DNA of 64,000 nt from Tricharina praecox (taxonomy: Eukaryota), in contig NW_026250408.1 of NCBI RefSeq assembly GCF_024521635.1, positions 1 through 64,000 of the forward strand, read 5' to 3'. Positions within the stretch are counted from its first letter, which is position 1; each line of letters begins with the position of its first letter. The translations under genes and the position numbers were made by a program. This document shows positions 24,132 through 37,440 of this stretch, piece after piece. Below the pieces are notes generated by a model. It saw nothing but the letters and a program-made list of their open reading frames with translations, searched no databases and was not told the origin of the DNA.

Positions 24132-26385
24132 TCACCACCCGCCCACCTTTCCATCATTGGCATTTGGTGAGCTCAGCGGCAACCCCCCCACTCTAGGGCC
24201 CGCTTTCTGCCTCAGCGCCTCACGCGCAGCAGCGAGACGCGCGGCGGCCTCTCGTTTTGCGGCTTCAGCCAGACCTGGTGGCGGCCGGAGGACGTCGGTT
24301 GATGGTTTCGCGCGTTTTCGTCTATTTTCTGATTGTGTTTCTTCAACGGTGGATGCGGGTGGCGGCCGTGTCGGTGGCGGTGTCTGCCGAACCCTCGGAG
24401 TCTCCGCTGCTCTCCCCCTTGGCATGTATGGTGCCGATGTCGACCAGCCGGTTGATGTTGATATCGCCGTCTGCGGGGGAGGCAAAGCCTTGTGAACGCA
24501 CAAACGTTAGCGAATGTTAATTTGGTTTTGAAGGCAAAACTCACCGCATCTCCCATAGGCCTGGGATATCCTAATGGCTGGGGTGTACCCACGTAGCCAT
24601 TGGGCGTATTGGTGTTTTTGTGGAGCTTAGGTTTACAGCCTTCCGGTGTTTCGAAGTTCTCCGGACGGAGATGGTGTTGGATACAAATATGGTCTTCTTG
24701 AAGGCGGAACTCACTGCCTTCAGGAAGGGTATCAGTGGGCTTACGCTCATCACGTAGGATGATGTTCATGTGTAGGTATGGCCCCGGTTGGACATGACGC
24801 CACCAAGCGGCCGCTACCGTGGGATGCCAGTTGGGCCATCGAATCGGTATGGTTGGATGCATTTCATGAATATGATTGATGAACTATTCTTACGGTCAGT
24901 AGTTATTATTCGTACTCTCTGAGGGGAGCATACCTCTTCCCAGTCGTTGTACAGTCTGGGAAGTGGTGGCGGGACGGCAAATTTGCGGTACCTTTGCACC
25001 TTTGGCCCACAATTATGTTTACCCTCGACAAATTCCCACGGACACTGTACCCATCCACGGTACGCCTCTGCGTGTTTGAACCATGTCTGCAAATCAGTAA
25101 ACACTGCATTGCAAGCTCCACAGTGCACCCTCTGTCCGCCATAATCTTTGGGCTCATGGTCGCCTCTCCCGCCGAAAAGATGGATGTCGACGATCAGGGT
25201 GGGATCCAGATCAAGCCCCATGCCTCGCGCTGGGGGGCTCCATTTTGCGCTATTGTACCAGTTGTGATATATGGAGCGTACGCGGGGGTCCGCACGCTTT
25301 ACATGCCAGACTTCCTGGTTGCCAACATTCGCTGGTAGTTCGTCCTTACTGCTCTCGTCGCCGATATTCACCTTGTTCTGAGTAGTAGCCGCCAATGTTG
25401 CAAGTCTTCTCTGTTCCAACCGCGCATTTTCTCTCTGCAATTCTTCCCTGTTGACGAGTATCCCCGGCCACCGCGGGTGGTACGTATAAACTCTTAAACG
25501 GGCCAGCCACTCTGAAGGGTTAGCCGCGACTATCGGCAAGCGATGTATGGCTTACTTACCTTTGAGCCATCGCCCGATTTCGTCTGTATATGTGCGACCT
25601 CTCTCACGCTGGACGTCAACTATGTCCGTCGGTCAGCAAATGATCATCTGGGATACATCGGTGGTCGTTGCATACAGAGCAAGCCCGTCAACCAGTTACC
25701 CTGGTGTCCGAACGTTTCTAGGAAGTCAATGGGGAATCGATCGAAAAGAATTTTCATCAGATCCGTCTCCGTGATTCCGGTAAATGTCGCGATGTCAATA
25801 AGGGCATTGCGTCTAGAAAAGTCGTTGGGATCCCCACGACGTTTGTAATCCTTGGAGGCTTGTGCGTAGCTGGGGATATTTGGTGGTTCCTGAGTCGATT
25901 GTGTCTCAGATGACGACTTGGTCGACGCTGGATTGGGGTGCTTCGGAGTCGAGGTTCGTGACGCCAGCCGGGTGTCCATAGTAGATGCTGAGCTTGCACC
26001 AGTCGATCCAAGACCGTCATCCGTGGGAATTTGGATCCCATACTGCGGCCAAAACTTGGGTGCATCGCGTATCACTGGCGCTTCGCGGAAAATCCAGCCG
26101 AAGTCCTTTTGACTATACAATTCCTCGGCGCTTAGAGCCGGAGTTTCCAAGCTTGAGGATACCGGCTGTGGTGGTATTTCTCGGGGAGATGTGCTGGTAG
26201 TAGATGGTGGAGATGTCGCTTGCGGAGTTTTGGTTTTTTTTCGGCGGGGATCGGCCGTCCGTTTCGGGGTTTCTAGAGAGCTACTCTGTAAATTGTATGT
26301 CAGCTTTGGTCGGATTTATCATGAGCCCTCAGAAAGTCATAGTCAGATGATGCAGGTATATCCTCGACTTATTTTCTCTTACCAT
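24132..26385 (-). CDS. Multi-exon protein with atypical tandem C2H2-like zinc fingers
   Basis: Chained minus-strand ORFs 25644..26150, 24814..25539, 24212..24862 and 24132..24503 are linked by GT-AG introns. Splicing GTATGC..AATAG yields CGAC..KH and CPW..C...FINHIHEMH. One internal junction (~25.55-25.7 kb) is not resolved. Confidence 0.6.
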
Positions 26386-27502
26386 TTGTATCGCTTGGTG
26401 GCTTCTAGCGCGTCGCCTGGATGAAGTTTGGTACGCTCGTTAGGTCCTTCGGGATAAGGTCGTCCGAGGTTTGGTACTCAACACCCGGTTTTTATATCTT
26501 CACTTCTCGAGGAAGCAGGGATGGCCATAGGAGGACGCAGGGATTATATAAGAAAATCCCACCAAGATGAACATCTTGATTGTAGTAGGATTTTATTGTC
26601 TTCATCTTGATTGATTGCCATGTGCGTTCTGGAAGTATCGCCAAGTTGAGGTGGTTTTGCAGGCTGATTTTCAAGTTGAACGATAGAAATTTCTGCGTGA
26701 ATTTTGTTATCGGTGGGTATGCTGTGGCCTGGTGGTAGTTGTGAGATAAAGTCGGTGCAATCCAGAAGACACAGGTATCCCGTAGGGGTGTAGTTAACCG
26801 CTGCAACAGCTCGAGGTATCGCATATAACTCTCTCTATTCGATTGCCACCCCAGTATCAAAGCCTTCTACTGCATATACTATATGCTATACGCTTCATAG
26901 GACAAAGAAATATTTCGCCAGAATTTGATCTCCATCCGCGAAGCCATGTATTATGCATGTGTCTATGAAATCCCAACACTGCATCTGGCAAATCGCACAG
27001 CACCAATTATCGAGAGAACAAACTAACAAGGTTCTCCACAAAACGTATGAAAAACCGGATACCGTTGCCCAACTCCCCAATCTCAAACCTTTTCAGCTCA
27101 GTCTTCAGCCGTGTAAGCCTCCTTTTGAAACAATCAGACGATTGCCATCATCCTCTCTCGTAGAAAGTATCTCCGCTCAATATATCAGTATATCAAACGT
27201 GTCATCCCCCTCTTGAAACATTCTATCACCCCCACGACTCTCCTCTTTCAAATTCGTTCCCCTTATTCTTCAACAGTGTAATCCCCAGAATGAGGGCACT
27301 GTGGTAAATCGTGTTACCCCTTTTGACAGTCAAACAACCACATCATCGCTGCCTCCTCTTCTCGCCCTTGAGATTCTGCGCCAGCTTGCTATGCTGGGGA
27401 CGTTCTCCGCGCTTGAGGTACTGCTCATATACGTGTATACGAGTGGGGTCATCTTGATTGACCTCCGGATGGTGTCGCTTGATATGGTCGTTGAACTTGT
27501 CC

Positions 27503-28465
27503 CTATCTGAGGGTCAGCATGCCGTGTGCGAAGCAGCATATATGGAGGGAAAATACGTACCAGCGGTAAAAGACCATATGCGGCGAGCAAGTTGGGGTGC
27601 GTCCAGGAGGGCGCCAACCAAAAGGGCACTCCAGAGTCCCGACCCTGTGCTTGACGAAGTGGCGGTTGAGTAACGCCTGGGACGCCTGCATGTCACCGCA
27701 GAGCGAACACTCAACCTTGCCATCATCGTTTTGAATTGTCTGCGGATCCTCACCGCCACCGAGCACAACGATATTCATCGGCGGCCCACAGTACTTGTGA
27801 GCGCCATGATAGTTGGCTGGCGGTGCAGGATTGGCGGGCGGGACGGGGTTGACGGGCAGGGCGGGGTTACCAAGTGACGCCTGAGGGGCGAGGGCTGCAG
27901 CGACGTCTGGTCTTGCTGGCGCGTTCGACCGGGGTGATGGATTGTCAACCGGCTGGTCGACGTCCATCCCAACCGCAGGAACACCAGAACCAGAAGACAC
28001 GCCGCGGTTGCTGCGCTGCGACTCCCACAGGTTCACATTGGCCCTGAGCATCGGCTCCAGGGGAGTTCCAACCAACACCGGAAACAAATCCAGCGTTGGT
28101 CGGAATCGTCCCTGGAAGACCGCCAACCAGACTGTCTGTGTCAGCCAAAACCATACCAACCATTGAATGGAATGAACTCACAGGATAAAAAGTCCTCTGA
28201 TTGGGCGCTCAGGCCCACCTCCTTTGTGGTAATGTCCCCTGCGCGATGCCTTCAGCTTTCGAACCACTTGAGCGTATTGTAAAGTTACTAACCTGTGACA
28301 TGACCGACCCAGTCGCAGGGGCGATTTGGATGATTCCGGCGGAACACGGTGATGAGGAGACACAGCACAGTGTGACTCCTCATCCCGGTTGCCGCCATCA
28401 TCGCCTCCAGAACGCTCCCCTTCTTGACTCCCTCAAACAGTGGTGTGGTGCGATGGTTTTGCATC
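27503..28465 (-). CDS. C2H2 zinc-finger protein, paralog of the 24-26 kb gene
   Basis: Last exon: VECSLCGDMQASQALLNRHFVKH..CPF..C..FSLHICCFAH. Upstream exons are inferred from GTGAGT/CTGAC..CAG signals; the start is uncertain. Confidence 0.55.
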
Positions 28466-28829
28466 GCTACTCTCTCTTGTCGTTCTGTCGATGGTGTGAG
28501 AGAGAAAAGAAGCGGAGACTCAAAACATCCGCGATATTTATCGCGGGTGCTCCTCCGCTAGCCGGAACATTCCGGCTCTACGGTAGCGCCGTAGCGCGGC
28601 TGCACGGTAGCGCAGTTTTCTAAAAAGATTAGTTGGGTCACCTATAACGGTTGCTGTGACGTACGTACCTTTTCGTAGGTGATGTTGAGTGCCGCTAGTC
28701 GGCTGTTCATTGGTAGGGTGGTAAACGAAAGAAGGCGAAGAGCCGCCTACGTCATTAGGATCTGTTTTCAAGCGCGTATTGTGCCGGTTAAGTGCGCGTG
28801 TTGCGGCTACTGTTGCGCACTATCCACTT

Positions 28830-29460
28830 AGGGTACGGAGCCCTGTTTCATTACACTAGTTCCGCGGTCACTCGAGTTATCCTTTTCCACTGGTAGCCAT
28901 ATGCAGACGTCACTCAAAGTTTAACTTGCATTGCCAAAATCTCTGTGATACTATCTATATGTTGATAAGGAAGAAGAGGGTGCATTTGTTGAGCTTAACT
29001 CTAGTGATTTTGTTCTCCCCGACAATCACCAAGGGTGTTTGCTGTGGCTTCGCATGATTCATATATGCTTCGTGTTAGACAGGATTTTGAATATGGTGCA
29101 GCTGCTGGAACGGTCGCGTAGAGTTCCTTGGTCATCCATTAACAATTCCAAGGATGCATTATAAGAATTGAGAAGGCAGACGAATGAAGCAATCTGTAAG
29201 GACTGGAAAGAACCCGCTGCTCTACAGTACGCGTCAGGTCATAGTGACATCGTCGACAGCATACCCAAAGCATGGCATCACATAGTCCAAGTGGAAGGAA
29301 GCCAAGGAATGGGCATATGTGAAAGCTACGAGTAAGAACTATTAACACAGCCGCAAATTTTGTCAGAAACCGGATTCCATCTCAGCTCAGGAGTCCATAC
29401 GCCTACCCTCTAGGTTCTACCCAGCAGGGCCATCAACCATTCATCCAGTAAATGCTAACT
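28830..29460 (+). pseudogene. Possible decayed ankyrin-repeat gene relic
   Basis: Scattered, frame-broken motifs RGHS, WNGRVEFL, AALQYASGHSDIV and GHQPFIQ resemble the ankyrin T-x-L-H-x-A-x-x-x-G-H-x-x-x-V motif. Confidence 0.3.
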
Positions 29461-30174
29461 CACCTCCACGACGCCGGCGAGGTCGAGAGGACCTGGAGTT
29501 AGCCAAGATCACTGTGGGTGACTTTCTTGCTTGTGCAATTGTAACCTCCTTTCGCATGTGGCGGTAAAACTAATTCAGGTCACGAAAATGCGGTGGAAAG
29601 CTGGGACGAAGAAAACATTCCCGGCAATAGCGATAGGGCTGGTCTTCTCACCTAAACGCGTCTTTCGTCTGACTGGTATTACGCAATCATCGCATGATGA
29701 TGTGTTTAAGCAATTAGTTTCCCAGAATTCAGGACATGGCGACAACATTCGATGCCAGATTACGCTCCGCCTTGGATGGCGTGCGTTGAGGGTGGCTGTT
29801 GGCAGCGGTACATAGGAACTTCCGCATGGAGATTTGACAAGAAGGACGCCCCTCGGAACGAGTTCCCTGAGATCAGACGGAACTTCTGAAACCCTTTTGA
29901 AAGTTGCCTGTCTCTCGTAAGCGAGAACACAATCAGCGATGTCATACAATGGCTTTATGTTGATTGCAACTTTGAATTCCGCTCTGGGCGTCTACACTTG
30001 AAAACGGGAGGATAATCATTGAAGGCCGCTGAACCGAACCCTTATATACACCCTTGTTCCCTCCCTTTTCCCTTCCACCTTCTTTTCTACATCCATATTT
30101 CTTTCCAACTAGAACCCAAGCTCGATCTCTCCAGTAATCTCAGTAAAGATATCTTCAGCATCTGTTTCATCAGT

Positions 30175-31500
30175 ATGAATCACAATACTCCGAGACAAGG
30201 AACTTCAAGGGTCCGACCCTCTCGCGAAGAAATCCAGGATCACGCCAACTACTTCCGTCAGGTGACACGAGAGGAGACCACTCGTGCTCATCACGCTCGC
30301 TCAGATGCCTTGGGCTCCTCGGCAGCACAGTCAGTGGCGCGCTCGACCCGCCTGGCCACAATACCGAAGATTCTAGTCCAACTCTTCAAAGGAAAGGGGA
30401 AGAACAAGGAGGAGAAGCAGGAGCAATTCGGCAGAGCTCCACCGGGAATCTTCCATCCATCAACCTCGACGATGGACTCGCCTGCCCCCCCTCGTCAACA
30501 ACCCCTTCCCGTCCTGCGAGAACAATCTCCCGCTTTCTCCTTCACCTCCCGCGAGTCTATAGCCGCCGCTGAAGAGATGCGCGAAACAGAAAGCCGCGAT
30601 TCCTTACCACGCAGTGTTTCGCCGGTACGACGGCTGAGCCTGGACTCTATTGACCTGCAGCTCCCGATAAAACATTTTGAGACGATACTACCCTGGTATC
30701 AAACCGCCTATCCTACAGGAATCGTGTTAAAGTTCAATGAGCACTCGGCGCACTCTGCTAGGGCGGAGCAACTGCCTCTGGAGACGGTCCAATGGGGTGT
30801 CTTGAAGCCGGGAGAGAAGATGCTGATCGATGGGCGCGTGCACTCCTTATACAGCTTGCACCGGGATTATAATAATCAGGGTGTCATAATTAACGGCATC
30901 GACGTAGCAAAATTAACCAGAAACCGTTTAATTGTCACGACGAAACATCGATTCAAAGTGCCAGACGTGGAATACGACTCCCTTGGCGTGGTGGACTTCG
31001 ACATCCTCGAGAGCAGCGGGACACTCACGCTGCACATACGCCGGCCGGGGTCTTACGCGACGGAGAAGGCGTTCGTCGAGGTGACGGATAGCGAGCGCAT
31101 GTCGCTCCTCAGCGAATGTCTCGCCGATGAGAAGAAGAAGCACCTTGCTTCGCGCCGAGGAGCGCCAGAGCTGCTGACATTGTGGGTAATGAAGTGTCGC
31201 AATCCAACCGGGCCCATAGTGGTGATCGGATGGACATCGCCGGGGAGCTGTCTGATCCTGATGGTAGCGGATCGCCATCACTCTGAGCAGGACGGCATAC
31301 AGCCACTATTACAGTATTATTGTGCTGGACGACGTAGTGAAGCAGCCATCATGGGAGAATGCGATGTGATGCCGATTGCTGTAACCGGGTACAAGCCGGA
31401 GCACGGGTGTCCATACTGTGGGAATTGGCGGAAGCCGAATCGGACCCTCTTTGGTAAACCACCTGGCGAATTTCGCGGCTTGGCTCCACCTACGGATTAG
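30175..31500 (+). CDS. Hypothetical protein (~440 aa; disordered N-terminus, globular C-terminus ending in CPYC)
   Basis: Long intronless ORF; ATG at 30175 follows a CT-rich leader. Confidence 0.7.
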   Translation: MNHNTPRQGTSRVRPSREEIQDHANYFRQVTREETTRAHHARSDALGSSAAQSVARSTRLATIPKILVQLFKGKGKNKEEKQEQFGRAPPGIFHPSTSTMDSPAPPRQQPLPVLREQSPAFSFTSRESIAAAEEMRETESRDSLPRSVSPVRRLSLDSIDLQLPIKHFETILPWYQTAYPTGIVLKFNEHSAHSARAEQLPLETVQWGVLKPGEKMLIDGRVHSLYSLHRDYNNQGVIINGIDVAKLTRNRLIVTTKHRFKVPDVEYDSLGVVDFDILESSGTLTLHIRRPGSYATEKAFVEVTDSERMSLLSECLADEKKKHLASRRGAPELLTLWVMKCRNPTGPIVVIGWTSPGSCLILMVADRHHSEQDGIQPLLQYYCAGRRSEAAIMGECDVMPIAVTGYKPEHGCPYCGNWRKPNRTLFGKPPGEFRGLAPPTD

Positions 31501-32485
31501 CGGGCGAGGGGTAGCGGGAGTAATACCGATAACTCCCTTGGAGATACGCGGGGGAAACTGTTGATAAGCGCCTGCTAGATTTCAGCTTGTCTCATCTCCC
31601 ATATTTACGTACTTCTTCGCCGGCCCAGCTCAGAACCTTAAGCTGCTGAGCCGAGTCTTCAACTTCCTGTGATAGTCAAGAACTGTGTATATGCTGAAGA
31701 ACGGGGATGACGTCACCTGTAATGCGGAATAATCTGGTGCAAAACAAGCGTTCACCTCGCTTTGTGATTTTATGTACTCCGATTGTTTCCGCCTTAAGGT
31801 CATCAACTCAGCGTAAGACGTATCGCTGCGGACGCTTATCCGGGGATGGCGCACATCTATTACTGCTCCATAGTGAAGTGGAAATTGTTACATGAGAAGA
31901 TGTTTTAATGGTAGACGTCTAAAATGCCAGATTTGTCGACCCTGTAGTCCATACTGCCCGACAACTGTCGTTTTAGACGTTTGCTTTCTGTATTAATATG
32001 TTTGTACGGTGGGGAATACGCAGTTTAAACTTCTCGAGTTGTCTGCTAATCTCCGACTTCAGGTGTCCCTAACCATATGTACTTGTGTGATGTCAGCAGT
32101 ACATATCTGGCTGAGATGTAGTTGGTCTTCGTATTCCTATATTCTGGCGCCTGAACCAGGGACTCGGTCGGAAGGTACGCGGGTGAACCTACCTAATTCC
32201 CTACTTACGCAGCGTTCGACCCAGCTAGCGATGATCGACCGCAGCCTTTCGTGCACCTGCATCCTTTTCTCCACTCACATCCTTTCCTCCACATCTATCC
32301 TACCCTCGACAGTTCCACTTCCCTCTTTACATCCACCTCAATCATCTCCTCCACCTCCATCATTCTCTCCTATCTGCGGCTCCCTGCAGCTAAACTACCC
32401 GACACTCGGCCTTTACCTTTCAGTAGAACGATTACTCCACCCCTTAGGAGCTTTTAAAGTTACAATTATCCACAAGACATCAAAA

Positions 32486-33327
32486 ATGGCCCCCTTCGCC
32501 CCCGCCTCCAACGAACGCCTGACCTCAACCCATTCTCTCCTCTCGCCTACCCCCGACTTCTACTGCCGCATTGGGGAGACCTATACGGAGGCGGTCTCTC
32601 GCCACATGAACGAGCAGCGTTGTGCAGCGGAAGAGCGCTCCTTGGCTGTATACATAAACGATATCAACGTGGTAAACTCCTTCTATGGAGTCCCGTTGAT
32701 TCGTGCCGACGACTCCGGCGAACCAGAAAATGAGCCACAGCAACAGCGACCGCGCAGAAGGTGGATCCTTGCCGAAGCATGCCAAAATGCGTTCGCCACC
32801 GGGGTACAAGAGTCGGGTCGGATCGTCGAGGATATCACCAGCATGCCGAATGATTTCAACATCGAGCCAGCAACGCAGAGGGCATCCAACAAAATTTCTT
32901 CGTCCTCTGTCACGGAGCCCGTTACTACAGCCTCACTCAGCTCGCCCTCAATCAACCCACAATCGACGATTTCTGAAGCGGAAGCTGCGGCACCCGCTGC
33001 TAATGCAATCGCGGTGGCGGAATCGCCTTCGATGCCAGCCAGATTTGGCCGCATCATCGTGTTTGTTGACGGTTGCCGTCTCGTAATGGGCGGGGTTTCA
33101 CAGAGAACCACTGAACCCAAGATTCGAAAGTAAATCGCAGACCGCGGGCTGTCGGTGTAAGTGACTTTCCCTTGCTCAACAAATGATGAACGGATACTAA
33201 CTTTGAACATGGCCACAAAGTCGCCATCCCTATCGATGTCGCTACTGGCGCCCTACTTGAATGGGCTTTTATTGACTTTGGAGATGGCCGGGATGCTATT
33301 ACGGCAGTGACGGCTGTACTCACCTAA
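32486..33327 (+). pseudogene. RRM-containing gene, tandem copy 1 (premature stop)
   Basis: RLVMGGVSQRTTEPKIRK*IADRGLSV / KVAIPIDVATGALLEWAFIDFGDGRDAITA matches RNP2/RNP1 of an RRM. TAA at 33131-33133 where the paralog has TAC. Confidence 0.65.
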
Positions 33328-34183
33328 CGGATAGCTCAATGCGGTATTTATTAGGGAAGAAACCCACAATGCTATACGTTTGGCTGCAGATATCGGACAG
33401 TATAGTTCTCAGAATGAAATAAAAGGGAGTGTTTTAAAATTCCTACTGGCTAAGCCTCTAAGGCGTGCTGCGTTTTCGATCGCTTCGTAAAAGCGTACCT
33501 TCGTAGATTGCACTATTTGGTTACCTTTAGTCGTCCCGCCATTGTCCACGGTTATACTAGATGACTTTATTAGTATCGGGATAGGCTGAATCTTGGCGCT
33601 GCAAGATGAGGCTGATGATAGTGAGAGGGTCTCTCTCTAATCACCCAACGGTGCCAACCACTACAACTATCATGATGACAATTTGAAAAGATGCTCGAAA
33701 GAAAGATAACGTCTTAAACAGTGGTTGTGCTGATAATTACATCGCTGGTTTGGAGAAAAAATGAGAAAGTTATGAGGGTCGCACAGCAAGGCTGAACCCC
33801 TGTCTTCAGCCTATCCCAATACTAATGAAGTCATCTAGTACCGAAGCCAGCACTTGTCTTATGTAAGCAGTATGCAGATATCTGGATAAGATGTAGTAGG
33901 TCGTGATATTCTAGTTTTCTGTTGTTTGAACTACGGAAGCGGTCGGAATGTACCTGAGTGAACGTACGGTAATGCCCTATGTATCCAGGATGCGACCCAG
34001 CCAGCGATGATCGACTGCATCCATGCCTCCCCATTGATCCTTACCTTAACGTCCATCTTTCTCTTCTCTCTGCTGCCCAGTGCATTCAGGCTACCTACCC
34101 GACTCTCGGCCGGCACCTTCTAAAACGACGATTGCTCCACCCGTTGGCAAGATTATAAGTTACAGCCATCGACAAGCAGCCAA

Positions 34184-35042
34184 AATGGCTCCCTTCGCCC
34201 AACCATGGAGCGGACACCCAACCTCCACCTCTTCGCTCCTGAAGCCTTCCACGGGCTTTGACTTGCGCATCGGAGAAACGTATACTAAGGAGGCAGTCTC
34301 TCGCCACCTGAAACGAGCAACCTCGCGCGGAGGAAGAGAGGTATCTAGCCGTCTACATCCGTGATATTAATGTGGTGAACTCCTTCTATGGAGTATCATT
34401 GATCAGCACTGCCAACGGTGCCGAGCAAGAGATCGAGCCTCAGAAAGAGGCGCCGCGCACAAGGTGGATGCTGGCTGAGGCCTACCAGAATGCCATCGCT
34501 ACCGGTGTGCAATATTCGGGTCGCATCGTTGAGGATTTTGACAGCTCGACAGATCAGCCTACGCCTACTGAGGAATTTACAACTCAAACCTCAAACGACC
34601 CGAAGCCTTCGTCCTCTGCGACGCAGCTCGCCACTGTCGACGCCCACAGCTCTCTTACTCTCGACCCGCTATCCGAGTCCCCGAGTGCTAAAGTGGAGGC
34701 TGCGACCAATACTACTATCGGCGTGTCGGATTCACCATCGACGCCTGTGGGATATGGACGTATCATCGTCTTTGTAGATGATTGCCGTCTAGTCATGGGT
34801 GGTGTCTCGTAGGGAATCACTGATGACAAGGTTCGCAGGTACTTTGCAGACCGTGGACTGGCAGTATGAGTACCTTTCCCTTGCTCGAGAGATGATGAAT
34901 AGATACTGATGATGGCTGTGTAAATAGGAAGAAAGTCGCGATTCCCACAGATGCAGCCACTGGCGCGCTATTGGAATGGGCGTTTATCGACTTTGCAGAC
35001 CGCCAGGAAGCCCTTATGGCGATGACGACGGTGCTCGCATGA
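34184..35042 (+). pseudogene. RRM-containing gene, tandem copy 2 (frameshift plus stop)
   Basis: Homologous to 32486-33327. +1 insertion near 34311; TAG at 34810-34812 where the paralog has CAG. Confidence 0.65.
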
Positions 35043-35725
35043 TTGAGCACTTGATGATTTGTTCACTGTGGAATAACTGGCATGATATGTTATGCGTGAC
35101 TTGACGTGTAGCAATAGCTCATATTTTCTAGCATGAAATGAAAAGTTGTCTTATATTTCTTACTGGCTGAGGGCCTAAGGCATGCCGCGTTTTCCATTCG
35201 TTGATAAAAGCCTACCATTGTTGAAATACACTCCCTGTGCAGTTACAATTAGCCGTTCACGCGATTGTCCTACCGGCTTGTCTCTCCGAGTGCGTAGAAG
35301 CTGCATCTAACCTCGCGGTTCCGGGTCATCCTAAACTGCCTTTTCCTATGTCTTGAATTATCTCATCATATGTCACATGTAGCGTACTGCCAAGTCTCTG
35401 CTGTCTTTTGCTTTATTTCTAAGTCTTTGACCCTCAATCTACCTTGTGCCCTAAAACCGGGAGCGCAATTGTGAGTAGCAAGTGATATGTTGTGTGTCAT
35501 GTGCCGCTGCAAATGGACTGTGGGCCGACTCCGAGTCTGCCCGTCACACATCAGGTATTACGTATCACGTGACCCACGCATTCACAACGATTCACACCCA
35601 CGCCTCGTTTCTATCGCAACCTCTGAGTTCTATCGCTCCATTCGGTTTGCAACATAAAATAGGAAGATCTATCCCCCCTCTCACCCAGACTTCCCTCAAA
35701 ACATTTATTCCCCCAACAACCCCCC

Positions 35726-36260
35726 ATGTCCGAGAAATCCCCCCCACCCGCTCATGGCGCCAAGCATGCCACCCTCATCCTACCGCCTACCACTCTCAGC
35801 CGCCGGCATTCGTATCCCGCCAAGCTTGGAGCGTTCCCCCCAAAGCCGCAGGGGCATATGTATGCAGTTCTTGCCCCCTGGTTCACTTGACAAGGTTGTC
35901 GCTGACCATGTGAACGACAGCTACATCCCCACCAAGGACGGCTGGATCATCGCTGCCGGCATGTCGCCCACACGCGGCGTTCCCGTTGACGGTACCCTCC
36001 AAACTGCAAATACACTGTCCCGCGACCCTTGAGGATTAATTGATGAATTAGCTGTCCGCCGGTCTCGCCGTGACACGGTCGCCAACATGGCCCCGCCTTC
36101 GCCTGCCGGAAGTGGCCACAGCAAGTTGAAGTGCCGCGCGAACGACGGACGCATCCGCAAGAAGCTGTCCGACATGTCGATAGAGAGCGCGGCTAGCTTC
36201 TCTTCGGGTGGCACGCAGAGCACTGTCAAGAGTGGATTCTACTATAAAAATTGTGCGTGA
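35726..36260 (+). CDS. Small hypothetical spliced protein
   Basis: ATG after a C-rich leader, followed by coding-like segments VVADHVNDSYIPTKDGWIIAAG and VRRSRRDTVANM separated by intron-like stretches; first splice phase unresolved. Confidence 0.3.
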
Positions 36261-36929
36261 TGAGGTTGAGGGTGGAAGTGTTAGGAACAGAGTGCTGATA
36301 TGGGGATAGATCCTGCCTCTGACCATGAGATGTTCGAATCTGACAGTGACGACGACGAGCACGCTGATGATAAGGCCGATACCGGCGCCGTCGCCAACAA
36401 GGAGTCCAAGAAGAAGTATATCCGCTGTACAGTGATGTGAAGGATACGAGGTTCCGGATCTCACTGCGTGGTCTATTCGCTACTGAGTATTAACCAGCCA
36501 ACTTTGACTAGATCTAGAATTTCACATCTCATACCGCACTTCAATTTACCAATTCTACTTCTACATGCTTATCCGCTACCGTATCGTCTGCGAGGGATTT
36601 TACTCTCTAGTTTATTGGTTTCAGTGAGCTGACAGTGTGGATTCATCATCCGTTGCCGAGCCCTCGTCCTCCCGAATCCCCTCTCCGCCTCCTACTCATT
36701 TCATTCCACGATCGGGTCATCGACCAGAACTCACCGGTACATTTCGATCGTCAGGGCGGAAACAGCCACGTACCCCGCGGACAAGTGTTCTGCAGAGGGG
36801 AGTGCCATTGGTATATAGGATAAATAGTTTCGTTCTCGTCGAGATTATCGGCCGCCTCTGAGTGTAGATCGCGCTGATACAGCATCACTCGGAGCGAATG
36901 AATTGGCTTGCTGATGGCGTCCTTCGCGG

Positions 36930-37440
36930 ACGCATAGGTGGCTGGCGGGGCTTGAACATTTGGATTGTGGATCGCTGGCTGCACAGGACGGTGGTCTAAA
37001 CGTTGGCTGGTTATTTCTGTCAGATCTGAACGTCCGTTATGTAGCTATGGGGACAGCTCTGAGCACGTACTGTACATGGCTGGGAGAAGCCTCAGTGCAC
37101 GCAGCGGCGCAACTGCCCGGCGTAGGCGGCGACGGCATGCGTCCAACCCAAGCCTTCTAGCCATCTAGATAGCACGTTTGATGTAATTATACATACAGGA
37201 CCCCTTCCCGGTAACGAGATTATTGCAACTACTCCTACGTTTACGTGGTGTCAGCTACCAGGCTACCGACGAGCTGATTGGCTGCTCATTTGCACAGCTG
37301 CACAGACTAGGTAGGTATCCCGTTGACGAAAAGCGCAGCGCCATATTGCCTTACCATATCCAGGCTGTCGGCGGTCGAAATGGGCTCCTCGGTCGGTGCG
37401 GAATATCTACCCATATTAACAGGGCACGACGAGGGGAGGG
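36930..37440 (+). pseudogene. Possible decayed ankyrin-repeat relic
   Basis: Fragments LAAQDGGLNV..GTALS and QLLLRLRGVSYQATDE resemble fungal ankyrin repeats; frames are broken. Confidence 0.25.

Noticed and set aside
24440..27962. 17-bp inverted match GTCGACCAGCCGGTTGA between the two zinc-finger genes
   Set aside because: Isolated, does not extend, and is in opposite orientation to the gene homology; plausible by chance.
28559..28594. Short hairpins as a Helitron 3' end or terminator
   Set aside because: No properly placed CTRR terminus and no Rep/helicase; rho-independent terminators do not apply to a eukaryote.
29474..29481. CCGGCGAG as the left TSD for the 37550 hAT end
   Set aside because: It is not followed by any TIR-like sequence; an 8-mer match is expected by chance.
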